Shown one piece after another: positions 1 through 11,766 of a stretch of DNA of 64,000 nt. The DNA is from an uncultured Methanosarcinaceae archaeon (lineage in GTDB: Archaea; Halobacteriota; Methanosarcinia; Methanosarcinales; Methanosarcinaceae). The translations under genes and the position numbers were made by a program. The notes below the pieces were generated by a model. That model worked only from the letters and a program-made list of their open reading frames with translations, ran no database searches and was not told the DNA's origin. The stretch lies in the NCBI GenBank assembly GCA_963721455.1, contig CAVRJG010000015.1, positions 132,499 through 196,498 on the forward strand. Reading direction: 5' to 3'. Position 1 is the first letter of the stretch. Every line of letters begins with the position of its first letter.

Positions 1-310
1 GAAGGCTCTCACAGGGCAAAAAGCCCGGACGAAGCTGTAGAGCTCGCTTTCAAGCTGATTGAAAATAATGTGAAAAACTGAAACGAACCTGATTAAAGGC
101 TTTGATGAAAAGAGAGAAAACAGGGCAGATGAAGATCTCTGAACCTAATTTTAGTTACGGATGAAAGTACATTTTGAGATTCGATCCAAAAATTTATATC
201 GCAAAAAGAAACTTCAAGAAATAAGAGCCAGGCTTAACTTAAGCTGGCAGGAATGCGGGGTACGCTGGTATTCCTCCATAGAATTTAAGAAGATTTTACC
301 GGAGTTTTAA

Positions 311-2581
311 ATGCACCTTATCGTAACGGAAAAAAATATAGCAGCAAGGAGGATAGCTGCGATTCTGGCTCCAAAAAATCCGAAAAAGGATAGAGTCAGC
401 GGAGTGGACGTATACCGGTATGAGATCGGATCTGATGAGAGTAGGCAGGAAACTGCGGTTGTAGGGCTTTCAGGCCATATTGTAGGGATCGATTTTCCCA
501 AAGAGTACAACAACTGGCAGAAAGTGGATGCTAAAGCCCTTATCGACGCCGATATCATAACAACTCCTATCAACCGGAAGATAGTAACTGCCCTTAAAAG
601 CCTGGGAAAAGAGGCAAGCAGGGTCACGATTGCCACTGACTATGACAGGGAAGGAGAACTGATTGGAGTCGAAGCCCTCAATATCATAAAAAAGGTGAAT
701 CCTGATGTTCCTTTTGACCGGGTCCGCTACAGTGCAATTATCCCGAAAGCAATAGAAGTAGCATTTTCAAACCCAACAGACGTTGATTTCAATCTCGCAG
801 ATGCCGGCCATTCCAGGCAGGTCATTGACCTCGTCTGGGGCGCAGCCCTTACCCGTTACATTTCCCTTTCAGCAGGCAGGCTTGGGAAAATGTTTCTTTC
901 AGTAGGGAGAGTACAGTCGCCGACTCTCTCTCTTATTGTTGACAGAGAAAAAGAAAGGAATATTTTTGTTCCAACTCCATACTGGGAGATCCAGGCCGAA
1001 CTTGAAAACGCAGAAGGGGAAATTTTTTCAGCCCAGCATTCGACTCGCCGCTTCCTGGACAAAGAGGAAGCAACAAAAGCGTTCAAAAAACTGGGAAAAC
1101 AGGCAGAATTAAAGGAAATGGAAAAAGGGAAAAAAACCGACCAGCCCCCTATCCCATTTAGTACTACAGGTTTTATCAGCGCAGCAAACGCAATAGGGCT
1201 CAGTCCCGCAAACGCCATGCGCATAGCCGAATCTCTCTATACGAACGGTTACATTTCATACCCGAGGACAGACAACACGGTTTATCCCGATACCCTGGAC
1301 CTGAGGGCGCAGATTGAGATTTTCAAAGAGGGTCCCTTTAAAGAATACGCAAATGCCCTGCTTGAGAAAGCCGAACTTATTCCTACGCGAGGAAAAAAGG
1401 AAACCACCGATCACCCACCTATTTTTCCTGCCTCTCTTGCAAAAGAGTCAGACCTGAAAGAGGATGAATGGAAAGTTTATGAACTTGTGGTCAGGCGCTT
1501 TTTTGCAACTTTCGCCGGGCCAAGCGAATGGGAAACCATGCGTTTGAAACTTGAGATCAATGGAGAAGAATTCAGGGCAAACGGAGCAAGGCTTGTAGAG
1601 CCTGGCTGGAGATGGTACTATCCTTACAATGCTCCTGAAGACAGGCTGTTTCCGGAACTCAGGGAAGGAGATTCTCTGAAGGTTATAAAGAAAGAGATGC
1701 TGGATAAAGAAACCCAGCCTCCTGGCCGTTACGGACAGGGAAGGCTTATCAACATCATGGAAGAGCTCGGGCTTGGGACAAAGGCAACCAGGCACGAGAT
1801 AATCAGCAAGCTCTATTCCAGGGCTTACATCCATGGAAATCCGGTGCAGCCCACAAATACCTCTTTTGCAGTAATGGATACCCTTGAGAAATACTCCCCG
1901 ACTATCACAAAACCGGACATGACAAAGCTGCTCGAAGAAAATATGGACAGGATTGCAGAGGGCAGGATCAAAGAGGTTGCTGTCCTTGAAGAGTCACGGG
2001 AAATGCTGAAACAGGTATTTACTGAACTCGACAAAAACCGGGATAATATCGTAGAATCCCTTCAGGCAGGCCTCAGGGAAGACAAAATAATAGGCACCTG
2101 CTCCTTATGCGGAAACGAACTTATGATCCGGCGTTCGAAGAGGGGAAGCCGTTTCATAGGCTGCAATAACTATCCGAACTGTACCTTCTCCCTGCCTTTG
2201 CCAAAAAGCGGGCAGATTATAGTTACTGACAAGTCCTGTGAAGCGCACGGGATACACCATATCCGCATAATCAATCAGGGAAAACGAGCCTGGGATCTTG
2301 GCTGCCCCCAGTGTAATTTCATCGAGTGGCAGAAGACTCAGCAGCAAGAGCAGGCTCTGCAGCCCAAAAAGGAAAGACCGAAATCCATTAAGGATATCGA
2401 AGGTGTGGGAAAAGCGACTGCAGGAAAACTCGAGGATGCAGGAATAAAAAGCGTAGAAGCCCTGATAGAAGCCGATGCTGTTGAGCTTGCGAAACTTATA
2501 AAGATCAGCGTCAAGAAGATTAAAAACTGGCAGATTTCATGCATTAATACAGTTGAAAATAACACAGTTGAAAACTGCTAA
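311..2581 (+). CDS. topA: DNA topoisomerase I (type IA) with C4 zinc fingers and C-terminal helix-hairpin-helix
   Basis: Toprim TEK..A, ATDYDREGE, SVGRVQSP, catalytic GYISYPRTD, GLGTKATR; CxxC zinc ribbons; IEGVGKATAGKL HhH motif. Confidence 0.96.
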   Translation: MHLIVTEKNIAARRIAAILAPKNPKKDRVSGVDVYRYEIGSDESRQETAVVGLSGHIVGIDFPKEYNNWQKVDAKALIDADIITTPINRKIVTALKSLGKEASRVTIATDYDREGELIGVEALNIIKKVNPDVPFDRVRYSAIIPKAIEVAFSNPTDVDFNLADAGHSRQVIDLVWGAALTRYISLSAGRLGKMFLSVGRVQSPTLSLIVDREKERNIFVPTPYWEIQAELENAEGEIFSAQHSTRRFLDKEEATKAFKKLGKQAELKEMEKGKKTDQPPIPFSTTGFISAANAIGLSPANAMRIAESLYTNGYISYPRTDNTVYPDTLDLRAQIEIFKEGPFKEYANALLEKAELIPTRGKKETTDHPPIFPASLAKESDLKEDEWKVYELVVRRFFATFAGPSEWETMRLKLEINGEEFRANGARLVEPGWRWYYPYNAPEDRLFPELREGDSLKVIKKEMLDKETQPPGRYGQGRLINIMEELGLGTKATRHEIISKLYSRAYIHGNPVQPTNTSFAVMDTLEKYSPTITKPDMTKLLEENMDRIAEGRIKEVAVLEESREMLKQVFTELDKNRDNIVESLQAGLREDKIIGTCSLCGNELMIRRSKRGSRFIGCNNYPNCTFSLPLPKSGQIIVTDKSCEAHGIHHIRIINQGKRAWDLGCPQCNFIEWQKTQQQEQALQPKKERPKSIKDIEGVGKATAGKLEDAGIKSVEALIEADAVELAKLIKISVKKIKNWQISCINTVENNTVENC

Positions 2582-2662
2582 GAGTATTAAAATAGTTGAA
2601 GAAATTTCTGGCTTTCCATGTCCAATGAAACATTTAACAAATTTTATAATAGATTTTAGGGA

Positions 2663-3913
2663 GTGTTTGTTCTGGAGCTTAGCTTTAAAGGCGGATGCAG
2701 GGAAGTCGGGCGTTCGGGTTTGCTTGTAAATGGGGAGATCCTGCTCGATTACGGTATAAAAGCAGGGGATATTCCCGAATATCCTCAAAACGGCATGGAG
2801 CCGAAAGCAGTGCTTGTCTCACACGGGCACCTTGACCATTGCGGGGCTGTTCCTAACCTGATGTACCTGGATCCTGATGTTTTCATGACCCCGCCGACTG
2901 CAGAGTTTACTTACCTTCTCGGGAGAGATACCCTCAAACTCGCAGAGACCAGACTGTCAGGAGTATCACCTTTTGACCCTGAAGACCTCCATAAGCTTAG
3001 CCAAAGAACAAGAACGATGGATTACGGCGAGACCTTCAAGACCCATGGCTACAGGGCTTGCTTCTATAATGCGGGCCATATTCCCGGAGCTTCGGGAATC
3101 CTCCTGGAATCCGAATCCGGAGAAAGCCTGTTTTATACCGGAGATTTCAGCATGAAGGAAACAAGGCTTGTGCCCGGTGCAGCCGAATTTCCCGAGGCAG
3201 ATACTCTCATTCTCGAAAGCACATATTTCGGGGAAGACCATATCCCGCGAAAAGAGACCGAAGAAAGGTTTATCGAATCTGTCCTGGAGACTCTGGATAG
3301 GGGCGGCACTGCCCTTATCCCTGCCTTTGCAATAGGCAGGACCCAGGAGATGCTTATGCTCCTTGACGCTCACGGAATCAGGGCTTATGTGGACGGCATG
3401 GGCAGGGATGTGTACAAAATCCTCAAAAAATATCCTGGGTACCTGAAAAATCCGGAACTTCTGGACCGGGCTTTCGGACGTGCAATTTCCGTAAAAGACA
3501 GGCAGCGGGATTCGATCCTTAAAGAGCCTTCAGTCATTGTCACTACAGCCGGAATGCTGAACGGAGGACCGGCACTTCACTATCTGAGCCGGCTTTACAA
3601 AGACCCGAAATCAAAAATCCTGCTCACAGGCTACCAGGTTGAAGGCACAAACGGTCGGCTGGCCTTAAAGCACGGAGTCATCGAAACAGATGGAGCTGTC
3701 CTTACCCTCAAGCCCAGAATCGAGCAGTACGACTTTTCCGCCCACAGCGGAGATGGCGAGCTCAAAAAACTTGTGAAAGATTTCTGCAAGAAAGGTACTG
3801 AAAGAGTCTTTGTCGTGCACGGAGACAAAACCGAAATCTTTGCGCAGTGGATCTCTGAGGAAATCGGCGTGGATGCATATGCACCTGCAAACGGGGAATT
3901 ATTTGCCTTTTAA
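2663..3913 (+). CDS. MBL-fold beta-CASP ribonuclease (CPSF-like)
   Basis: GGCREVGRS, SHGHLDH, AGHIPG, YTGD, ESTY, FAIGRTQE, FSAH, VHG motifs. Confidence 0.9.
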   Translation: MFVLELSFKGGCREVGRSGLLVNGEILLDYGIKAGDIPEYPQNGMEPKAVLVSHGHLDHCGAVPNLMYLDPDVFMTPPTAEFTYLLGRDTLKLAETRLSGVSPFDPEDLHKLSQRTRTMDYGETFKTHGYRACFYNAGHIPGASGILLESESGESLFYTGDFSMKETRLVPGAAEFPEADTLILESTYFGEDHIPRKETEERFIESVLETLDRGGTALIPAFAIGRTQEMLMLLDAHGIRAYVDGMGRDVYKILKKYPGYLKNPELLDRAFGRAISVKDRQRDSILKEPSVIVTTAGMLNGGPALHYLSRLYKDPKSKILLTGYQVEGTNGRLALKHGVIETDGAVLTLKPRIEQYDFSAHSGDGELKKLVKDFCKKGTERVFVVHGDKTEIFAQWISEEIGVDAYAPANGELFAF

Positions 3914-3989
3914 TGAAGAAAATAAATAATAAGAAGCCTTTTCAGAAGCCTGCGAAATGCTTAAGCTCCGAAAGTTCCAATTAGCTGGT

Positions 3990-4535
3990 ATGATCCTCAA
4001 TCCTGAATCCGAAGTGCTTGAAACACTTGCAAAGAGCATACTTCTGGCTGCACGGACTGCCCCGAAAGCCAAAGGAGTAGACGACATAATAACTGCCCTT
4101 GTCGAAAAAGAAGATATTGAAGTCCTTGCCTCGGCTATGGAAAAACTGGCAGATGAAAAAGGGGCAGGCTTCATTTTTCTGAAAAGGGATGCTGCAAACC
4201 TCAGAAATGCCGGGGCTGCTGTCCTTATAGGCGTTAAAACAAGCGGGGCTGCAGGCCTGAACTGCGGAGCCTGCGGCTTTGAAACCTGTGCTGAGATGTT
4301 GAACCGGCAAAGGGTAGAAGTAGATTTCAGGGGCCCAAACTGCATGTTCAAATACGCAGACCTGGGAATTGCTGTTGGCGCAGCCGTTGCAAAAGCCAAG
4401 GATTTCTGCATTGACAACAGGGTCATGTACTCAGTTGGCGCAGCCGCAAGGGTTTCTGGCTTGCTGGATGCGGATGTTGTCTTCGGAATTCCGCTGAGTG
4501 TAACCGGGAAGAATATCTTCTTTGACAGGAAATAG
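3990..4535 (+). CDS. Ferredoxin-like Fe-S protein (DUF2148 type)
   Basis: AARTAPKAKG, NCGACGFETC, DLGIAVG, DNRVMYSVG; second Met chosen as start. Confidence 0.8.
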   Translation: MILNPESEVLETLAKSILLAARTAPKAKGVDDIITALVEKEDIEVLASAMEKLADEKGAGFIFLKRDAANLRNAGAAVLIGVKTSGAAGLNCGACGFETCAEMLNRQRVEVDFRGPNCMFKYADLGIAVGAAVAKAKDFCIDNRVMYSVGAAARVSGLLDADVVFGIPLSVTGKNIFFDRK

Positions 4536-4639
4536 AGAACTGAAGTTTGGGGATAGGTGGATAGACTATCAGATAGGAAGACGTAAAGGCTCTGCATGCA
4601 GGTTACTTCGGGAAAAGCAGAGGAGTTTTGAGAAAAGCC

Positions 4640-6622
4640 TCAAACCATGCCCCTACGCCTTTCACTTCTGTATTCTTCAAAGAGGCTCTGCAGTTCATCC
4701 TCCTTGGCTTTGTGTCGCTTTTTCTCGGACTCTTTTTCCCAGGCAGCGATTGCAACTTCAAGGCTTTCCGGCTCTGCCATTGCAAAGTCTTCAGCCCTTT
4801 CAAGCGGGATGCCCCTTAAGACCGGCACATCCCCTTTGAAGAAGGTTTCCTCTGCCGCATGCGAAATGTCCTCAGGGATAAGTACGGCCCGGACGGATGC
4901 TTCTACAAGGATCTGGGCTGTTGCAGCCCCGCCACCGCTTGGGTTCTCCAGGAAAACTACGTCTCCTGCCTTGAGCCCGTATTTTTCTTTTGTTTCGGCA
5001 ATCGACTCCCTCGTAAAAGCAGCAATAACCTTTACAGCAGTACCTTCGCCCCGGACTTCCATTTTCTGGATTTTGCGCAGCTTATTGCTCCTGCGCCTGA
5101 GTTCTTTTACGGTTTTGTTTTTATGGCTGAGCTCTTTTTTCAGGCTCTCTATAGTACCTTCCCTGATCTGGATTTCTTTTGATTTCCGGACTTCACTGTA
5201 AGCTTCCTTTTTGAAGCTGTTCAGCCTTGATTCAAGTTTTGAAATTTTCCGGTCTTTTGCAACCAGTTCCTCTTTTAAATCCTCAAGGTATTCCTGCAGG
5301 TTCTGAATCTGTTCTCCCTGCCGCTGGATAGTTTCCCTCATTTTAAGGAGGGATTCATCGACCGCCCTTTCTTCCGGCTTTTCGGGACGCTCTCTTGCCC
5401 TCGGTTTTTCAGCCTCGCCTGATGCCCGAACTTTTTCGATTGCAGCTTCTATCGAGTCTCCGCTAATTACATGGAGCTTTATCAGCTCAAGGTCTGCGTT
5501 CTGTGGAGCTTTCTTTTCAATCCGGGTAAAGATATTCTTGTAGCTCCTGTAGGTGAGAAGAGCCGCAGTCAAAGCATCCCTTTCATGGTCATTGGAATAG
5601 CCGAAAGTCTTTCCAAGGGCAATTTTTTCCTCGGCAGAAACCTCAATTCCAGGGCTTGCAGGAACTGCATTGAAGCTTCGCCTGATTTTTTCGACCGAGC
5701 CTGGCATTGGAGTAACATCACTGGCGATAACTGCAGGTTTTCCGTATTCGGCAATAAGCTTGACAACTTCATCAGGAGCTATTCCCCTGAAGCTTTTCAG
5801 GTAGAGAAGGTCTCCATCCAGAGAGAGAATGGCTATGCCCACGGTTGTTCCGGGATCGATTCCGACGATTGTAAATTTACGCCTCGGGTTCTTCTGTTTA
5901 AGGGGAACATAACGAATTTTGTCTCGTTCGACGCTTCTTACACTTACCTGAGCATCGCTGCTTGCCATAGGATGTATTGGTATCTCCCCGCGCTTTGCAT
6001 AGACAGTAAATTCAGACCTGACATATCCTCCGAACCCTTTTACATTTATGGCTTCGAATTTGATGCTTTTTTCCCGCGAGAGATCTTTAAGGACATTTTC
6101 AATCTCCCTGCTCCTTTGCAGTACAGCTCCATGTACCTTCCTGCAGTACCGATTCTGGCTCCAGCCTCCCCGGCCCAGGGAACGGGCTCTGCTGACCTTG
6201 ATCTTAGTAATATCTTCAAAAAGAGAAACCTCATGTCCAATCCCAAGGTCTGCCAGGCGGGCACATGCTTCGGCTTCATCATTCGGATTTGCGGGGTCGA
6301 AAGAAAACCCGTGCTTTCGTGCAATCCGGACAAGCGGTTCAGGATGTAGCCCGCCTGTGACCTGGACAAGTTTAACGCCGTCAGGAAGGCGTTCCATAAG
6401 AGAAAGAAGCTCGCGTCTGTCGGCAGCAAGCTCGAAAATGTTGTCAACGGCTATTATCTCCGGCCTGTCCCTCTGGATCATATTAAAGATCTTCTGGCGG
6501 CGGAGCATACTTTGATGGGAAACTTCGCCGTCCTTAAGGATAGCAAGCGCATACCTGGGAAGTTCCCTTGCCCTGGGGGAGCCCCGGGAAATATCGATTC
6601 CATATATAATCCTATTTTGCAT
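4640..6622 (-). CDS. DUF460 protein (RNase H-like fold plus coiled coil)
   Basis: GRGGWSQNRY, IVGIDPGTTVG, NDHERDAL, long coiled coil. Confidence 0.85.
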   Translation of the reverse strand: MQNRIIYGIDISRGSPRARELPRYALAILKDGEVSHQSMLRRQKIFNMIQRDRPEIIAVDNIFELAADRRELLSLMERLPDGVKLVQVTGGLHPEPLVRIARKHGFSFDPANPNDEAEACARLADLGIGHEVSLFEDITKIKVSRARSLGRGGWSQNRYCRKVHGAVLQRSREIENVLKDLSREKSIKFEAINVKGFGGYVRSEFTVYAKRGEIPIHPMASSDAQVSVRSVERDKIRYVPLKQKNPRRKFTIVGIDPGTTVGIAILSLDGDLLYLKSFRGIAPDEVVKLIAEYGKPAVIASDVTPMPGSVEKIRRSFNAVPASPGIEVSAEEKIALGKTFGYSNDHERDALTAALLTYRSYKNIFTRIEKKAPQNADLELIKLHVISGDSIEAAIEKVRASGEAEKPRARERPEKPEERAVDESLLKMRETIQRQGEQIQNLQEYLEDLKEELVAKDRKISKLESRLNSFKKEAYSEVRKSKEIQIREGTIESLKKELSHKNKTVKELRRRSNKLRKIQKMEVRGEGTAVKVIAAFTRESIAETKEKYGLKAGDVVFLENPSGGGAATAQILVEASVRAVLIPEDISHAAEETFFKGDVPVLRGIPLERAEDFAMAEPESLEVAIAAWEKESEKKRHKAKEDELQSLFEEYRSERRRGMV

Positions 6623-7050
6623 GAATATCTATATTTTATTTTTTATAGAATATATATTTAACTGCATCCGTTTTTTACCACTTAGCTCATTATTAATAAG
6701 GTTTTTTTAGGTTTGTTTTCCACACGGTTAAGAAAAATGGATGCATAAAAAAAGATGGATACGTAAGAAAAGATAGATACATCCCAAATTATTCTTACCA
6801 GCGAGGATTACAATAAAGCAAGTTCCAATAAGCAAGTTCCAATTCAGTCCCGCAGATACTAACCTGTTTCAAAATTGACTGCATAAGAATTTGATTCCTC
6901 AGCGGCTCAATTTTAGAGGTTTCTTCTTATCTGCTTTTAATGGTAACAAAAATTTGATTTATCAGAGACAAAAAATGTACAAAAAAATGGGATGAGAGGT
7001 TTAATCTCTCATCCGTTGTGTTTCACGTCAAACCCGGTGTTTCGCCTTTT

Positions 7051-9947
7051 TTATTTTCTTTTATGCAGGAATACCGTAAGAAGGCAAGCTATCCCGGAAA
7101 TCATTTCAAATCCTGGTATGCCTGTAATTTTTCCCTGCTCGGATTCCTGTCCAGGTTTTTGTTCCTGTTGAACTTCCGATGATGCGTTATTCTGTTTGAT
7201 ATCCTGAGTGTTGGTTTCAGTTCCTGATTCTTTTTCTACTGGTTTACCTGTTATTGCAAAGAACGAGAATCCTGGCGTTTGTGCCGTGTAGTACAGGTAC
7301 TTATCGTCTTCTCTTAACAGGGTTACTGGCAGTTGTGACCAATTTTTATCGCTGTACCTGTTGAGAGTGATTGAAGCCTGGTCAATCTTTTTCTCCTGTA
7401 CCCAGGACTTTTCAATCTTGAAGCATACGACAGGGTTTTCTATATTGCTTGAAGTGGCATATCCTCCGTTTCCGACCCAGAGGTTAAAGTACTTGTAAAC
7501 CTCTCCCGAACTCAGCTCTGAGACCAGGGTTGATTTTCCTTTGAGTTGTTCAGCAATGGTTGTGGTCTTGCCTGCAGTCTTCTTTGCATCAAAACCCACG
7601 TAAACAACACAGGTAGCATTTTTTGTGAAATCAAACTTTACAGGTTTTCCGTTTGAGATAAATGTCTGCGAGATTTCCTTTACCTCAACATTTTTTGCAG
7701 GTTCAGGGGAACCGCCGCCCCCACCGCTGCTGTGGCTGCTTCCTCCACTGCTGCTGCCGCTTGAGCTGCTTTCTTGCAGTACAGTTATCGTAGAGAGTTT
7801 TGAGGCAGTTCCTTTTGCATTGCTTACTGTCAGGTTAACGGTATAGGTTCCGGGAGCCGTGTATATATAAACGAAGCTCGCTTCTGTGGACTCAATAGTT
7901 CCGTCGTTGCCAATATCCCAGCTCCTTGATGTTGCATATTGTGAAAGATCTGTAAACTGGACTGAGAGAGGGGCAACACCCTGTATAGTATTGCTGTTGA
8001 AGTTTGCAATAGGAAGTACGTTATTGTTGTTCTCGCGGACCTTCTTAACGAATAGGTAGTACCTGAGTTCATTGACAGGAGTGTCAGCGACCCTGAAGTA
8101 CAATCCCTGAACGATTTCCTGATCAGAGTCCCTTGTTAGAGTGAAGGCATCCTTATTGGAGATGCTAAGGGTTGTACCGTTGATGTTAACATTATTGAGT
8201 TTGCCGAATTCATCGTCAGACTCTATGGTCATGGCGTTTGCGTAGTCAATGAGCCAGACACCTTCGATCTGGACAATACTGCCGACTGCATCCTGGAAGA
8301 CCTGGTCGACGTGGATTTTCAGGACAACTACATCGTCTTCGCCCTGGATTCCATCAAGTTCGACTTCCCAGGTGCTTTGTGTATTGTTAACGACTTCAAT
8401 GATTTCTTCGTCAACTAATTCTCCGTCCTTGCTGAACTCGAGCCAGACTTTCTTACCATCGACATCTACCTGCCTGGCTTTAATAGCATAGCCCTGGCCG
8501 AGGTCGAGTTTTTCGCCGGTTTTGAGGACGTACCTGTCATTGCTGTCAAGGATGAGCTTTGCAAGCTTGTCAGCTTTGGCAGGTTTAATCGGGATGTATT
8601 TTTCTGCGAAGAAACCAATCAAGCTGTAGTTGTCCCAGCCAGCAGCTGCATTTTCATATTCGTATGAAGCCGGCTTGATCTGGGTATTGTAAACGAGACC
8701 GCCAACTGGAATCACGTTTCCGTTAATGCCAGAAACACTAAGGGATTCTGTGGAGATGTTGTCTTTAATATCATAGTAGAAGCCTGCAAAGTTAGCTGCA
8801 GTCCAGATGAAGTTACCGGTTCCGGAGGCAACCTGACCTCTGATTTCATAGGTTTCAATTTCATAGGTTTCAGTATCTGTGATTTGTTTAAAGACATAGA
8901 ATCTGAGTGTATCGCCGCCAGTGTCAACGACCCTGAAGTACAATCCCGGAGCGATTTCCTGATCAGAGTCCCTTGTTAGAGTGAAGGCATCCTTATTGGA
9001 GATGCTAAGGGTTGTACCGTTGATGTTAACATTATTGAGTTTGCCGAATTTATCGTCAGACTCTATGGTCATGGCGTTTGCGTAGTCAATGAGCCAGACA
9101 CCTTCGATCTGGACAATACTGCTGACTGCATCCTGGAAGACCTGGTTGACATGGACTTTCAGGACAACTACATCGTATTCGCCCTGGATGCCATCAAGTT
9201 CGACTTCCCAGGTGCTTTGTGTATTGTTAGCGACTGAGATGATTTCATCATCGACATATTTTCCGTCCTTGCTGAACTGCGAGCCAGACTTTCTCACCGG
9301 CTGCATCGACCTGCTTGGCTTCGAGAGAATAGCCCTGCCCGAGGTCAAGGGTTTCGCCGATTCTGATAGTGTACTTGTCGTCGCTGTCAAGAACTAGCTT
9401 GACAAGCTTGCTGGCGTCGGTAAGTTTGAGCGGGATGTACTTATCTCCGAAGAAACCGATGACAGGATATGTGCCCCAGCCGACAGATGCGTTTTCGTAT
9501 TCGTATGCAACAGGCCGGATCTGGGTTTGGTAGATGAGACCGCCCTCTCCGATGACATTGCCTTGAGTGCCCGCAACATCTGTAATGGAAAGAGATTCGC
9601 TTGCCACGTTATTTTTATGGTCGTAGTAGAATGCTGCAAATTGAGAATGCATCTATTTTAAGTGTGTTACCATCGCCATAGTTATCGATAATATGGTCGA
9701 TATCAGAGCCATCGAACACAGGACCGCTGACCTCAAAGTTATCGTTTATGGGAAAAGCGGTAGTGTATGGACTTTCTATTATTACAGAGGTAGTGTTGTT
9801 GTTCGCGTTCGAAATATATGCATATGGCCCCTTGACCAAAGAATTTTGTACAGAAGCTGACGATACCGTAGACGACACGAGAATTAAAAATAAAACCAAG
9901 GCTATTGAAGCTAGGGCTATTGAATATGACTTATCCCCATTTTTCAT
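7051..9947 (-). pseudogene. S-layer (DUF1608) / PKD / PGF-pre-PGF surface protein with two apparent frameshifts
   Basis: Three overlapping ORFs (9615-9947, 9248-9652, 7051-9390) join into signal peptide, two S-layer units, PKD (APLSVQFTDLS..W), GGGGGSPEP..TPGFSFFAITG and PGF-CTERM; extra bases near 9646 and 9279. Confidence 0.8.
8081..9220. repeat. Near-identical ~300 bp direct repeat, offset 840 bp (8081-8380 vs 8921-9220)
   Basis: Direct comparison, e.g. ccctgaagtacaatccc...gatcagagtcccttgttagagtgaaggcatcc in both copies. Confidence 0.9.
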
Positions 9948-10499
9948 TTATTTCTCCTTCTTTGTCTTTCACTTATTTATTATTTAAAAAATGTTAATAC
10001 TGAATACTTTTTAATAATCTTTAAACCTTTTCTTTCGAATCTCAGCCACACAGAAATTCCCTAAATTGAGAGAATTTGTCCAGGAACAGGGGTTGAATCA
10101 AAGCGAATCTACGTAAAAATATCAGGAATTTCGGCACAAAAAACGTAAAAGAGAAACCTTGAGAATAACAAACGAACTAAAAAAGTTAAGGATTCAGAGA
10201 ATTTAAAAAAAGCAGCAATCGGTTTTTGCAGAGCTATTTTACATCTATCTCGCTTGTCTTTGTACTCTGACCAGTTTCATTTGTCGCTACAAATGTTACT
10301 GCATATTTTCCTGTTACAGAATAAGTATGCGGAATTCTGATGGGTTGAATTAGCTCCGTCTCCAGAGCCCAGCTCAAAGAAACTGCATTTTCCGAATAAT
10401 CGGCAAATTGGACTGAGAGAGGAACATAACCCTCGATGACATTGCTACTGAAGAGTAGAGGACTTTAATTCTTATTATTTAGTCCGGCATGAAAGGAAC

Positions 10500-11624
10500 T
10501 TAATCTTTATCTGAAGGCTCTTTTTTAGAGGTAACTTTTTCGGAATCCTTTATTTCAAATTCTTCGGCTCTCAAATTCTTCTGCTTCGGAACCCTCGCTT
10601 CAAAGTTTTCTGCCTCAAAACCCTCTTCCTCAGGACTCTCTTCTTCAAGACTCTCTTCTTCGAAAGCCCTTTTCTCTACAGTACCGTCTTCGCTCCTACT
10701 ATCTGCATCTCCTTTTTTATCCTCTGCACTTTTCTCTGCCCCACTTTTAACTTCACTGACTGTTTCACTAAGTTCCCTTTTAATTCCGTATTTCCGGTAG
10801 AAATGAGTAAGGATATTCGAAATATCCCTTTCGAGAATTTCATCAGCTTGAGGATGTTCTGGAGTGATGTACTGGGGCCAGTCAATAAGCTGGACGCCAT
10901 CTTCTGAAACAAATACATTGTACTCGCTTAAATCGGCATGGATGATTCCCATTGAATAGGTGATTTTCACCTGCCTGAGAATCTCATCAAGATACCATTC
11001 AGGGACAAGAAGTTTTGTTTTTGAGAGGAGGCTGCCTTTTGCAAGCTCCATTACTATCGCGTGCCTGTTCTGGTCAAAGGGTTTCGGGATTGAGACCCTC
11101 GGGTACAGTGTGGTCATAATCTCGTACTCCCGCTGGGCAGCAAGCCGGGCAGCGTAAATCCAGGAAAAGTGTTCTCTTTCCCCTATGTGCTCACGTACTC
11201 TCTTTATCTGCTTGAAGCTGGTCCTGCCTTCCCTGTGAAACTTAATTATAACCGGAACAGGCCCCCCAATTGCAAGTTCAGGCTGCCGGATTGCTTCAAA
11301 GATAACTGATTCCTTTCCTACCCCGACTTCATCCCCTATTGCACTGATAGTTTTTCTCTTGACAAAGGCGTTTATGGCAAGGACATCGTATCCTTCGAAG
11401 TAAATCTGGAAACCTTCATAAGGCTGGGTGTTCCTGACCACAAGCTTATCCCGCACAAGCTTTTTTAGCCTGTATTCCAGTTTATCGAAGGGCAGCTTGG
11501 TGTATTTATTCAATTCTTCCATGGGCACCCATTCAAAATGCTTCATTCCGGTCTCGATGCCAGTCAGGATCCTGAAATCCTTTGAGTTAAGCTCCTTGAA
11601 AACCCTTAGCGCTTCTTCGATCAT
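10500..11624 (-). CDS. rio2: RIO2-type Ser/Thr kinase with acidic C-terminal tail
   Basis: N-terminal wHTH, GVGKES, KFHREGRTSF, IHADLSEYN, IDWPQ. Confidence 0.92.
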   Translation of the reverse strand: MIEEALRVFKELNSKDFRILTGIETGMKHFEWVPMEELNKYTKLPFDKLEYRLKKLVRDKLVVRNTQPYEGFQIYFEGYDVLAINAFVKRKTISAIGDEVGVGKESVIFEAIRQPELAIGGPVPVIIKFHREGRTSFKQIKRVREHIGEREHFSWIYAARLAAQREYEIMTTLYPRVSIPKPFDQNRHAIVMELAKGSLLSKTKLLVPEWYLDEILRQVKITYSMGIIHADLSEYNVFVSEDGVQLIDWPQYITPEHPQADEILERDISNILTHFYRKYGIKRELSETVSEVKSGAEKSAEDKKGDADSRSEDGTVEKRAFEEESLEEESPEEEGFEAENFEARVPKQKNLRAEEFEIKDSEKVTSKKEPSDKD

Positions 11625-11685
11625 CTTGATATTACATATAGACCTCGATATTTAAATAATAGCTCTAAGGCCCGAGTTTCGCTTC

Positions 11686-11766
11686 CCGAATTGCGCCTCG
11701 CCCGAATTGCGCCTCGGGAGTACGCGGTCCGTTTCACTCGCTTCGCTCGCTCAAGCGGACTAATTT
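11686..11766. repeat. Short GC-rich repeat: cccgaattgcgcctcg twice, followed by ctcgcttcgctcgctc
   Basis: Tandem duplication seen directly upstream of rio2. Confidence 0.55.

Noticed and set aside
3899-6515. Long antisense ORFs (3899-4597, 4647-5201, 5471-6349; similarly 28825-29523 and 38331-39131)
   Set aside because: Shadow ORFs opposite well-supported genes
8081-9220. S-layer direct repeat as a DGR template/variable repeat pair
   Set aside because: Both copies are in-frame coding units, differences are not evidently adenine-specific, and no DGR RT is nearby
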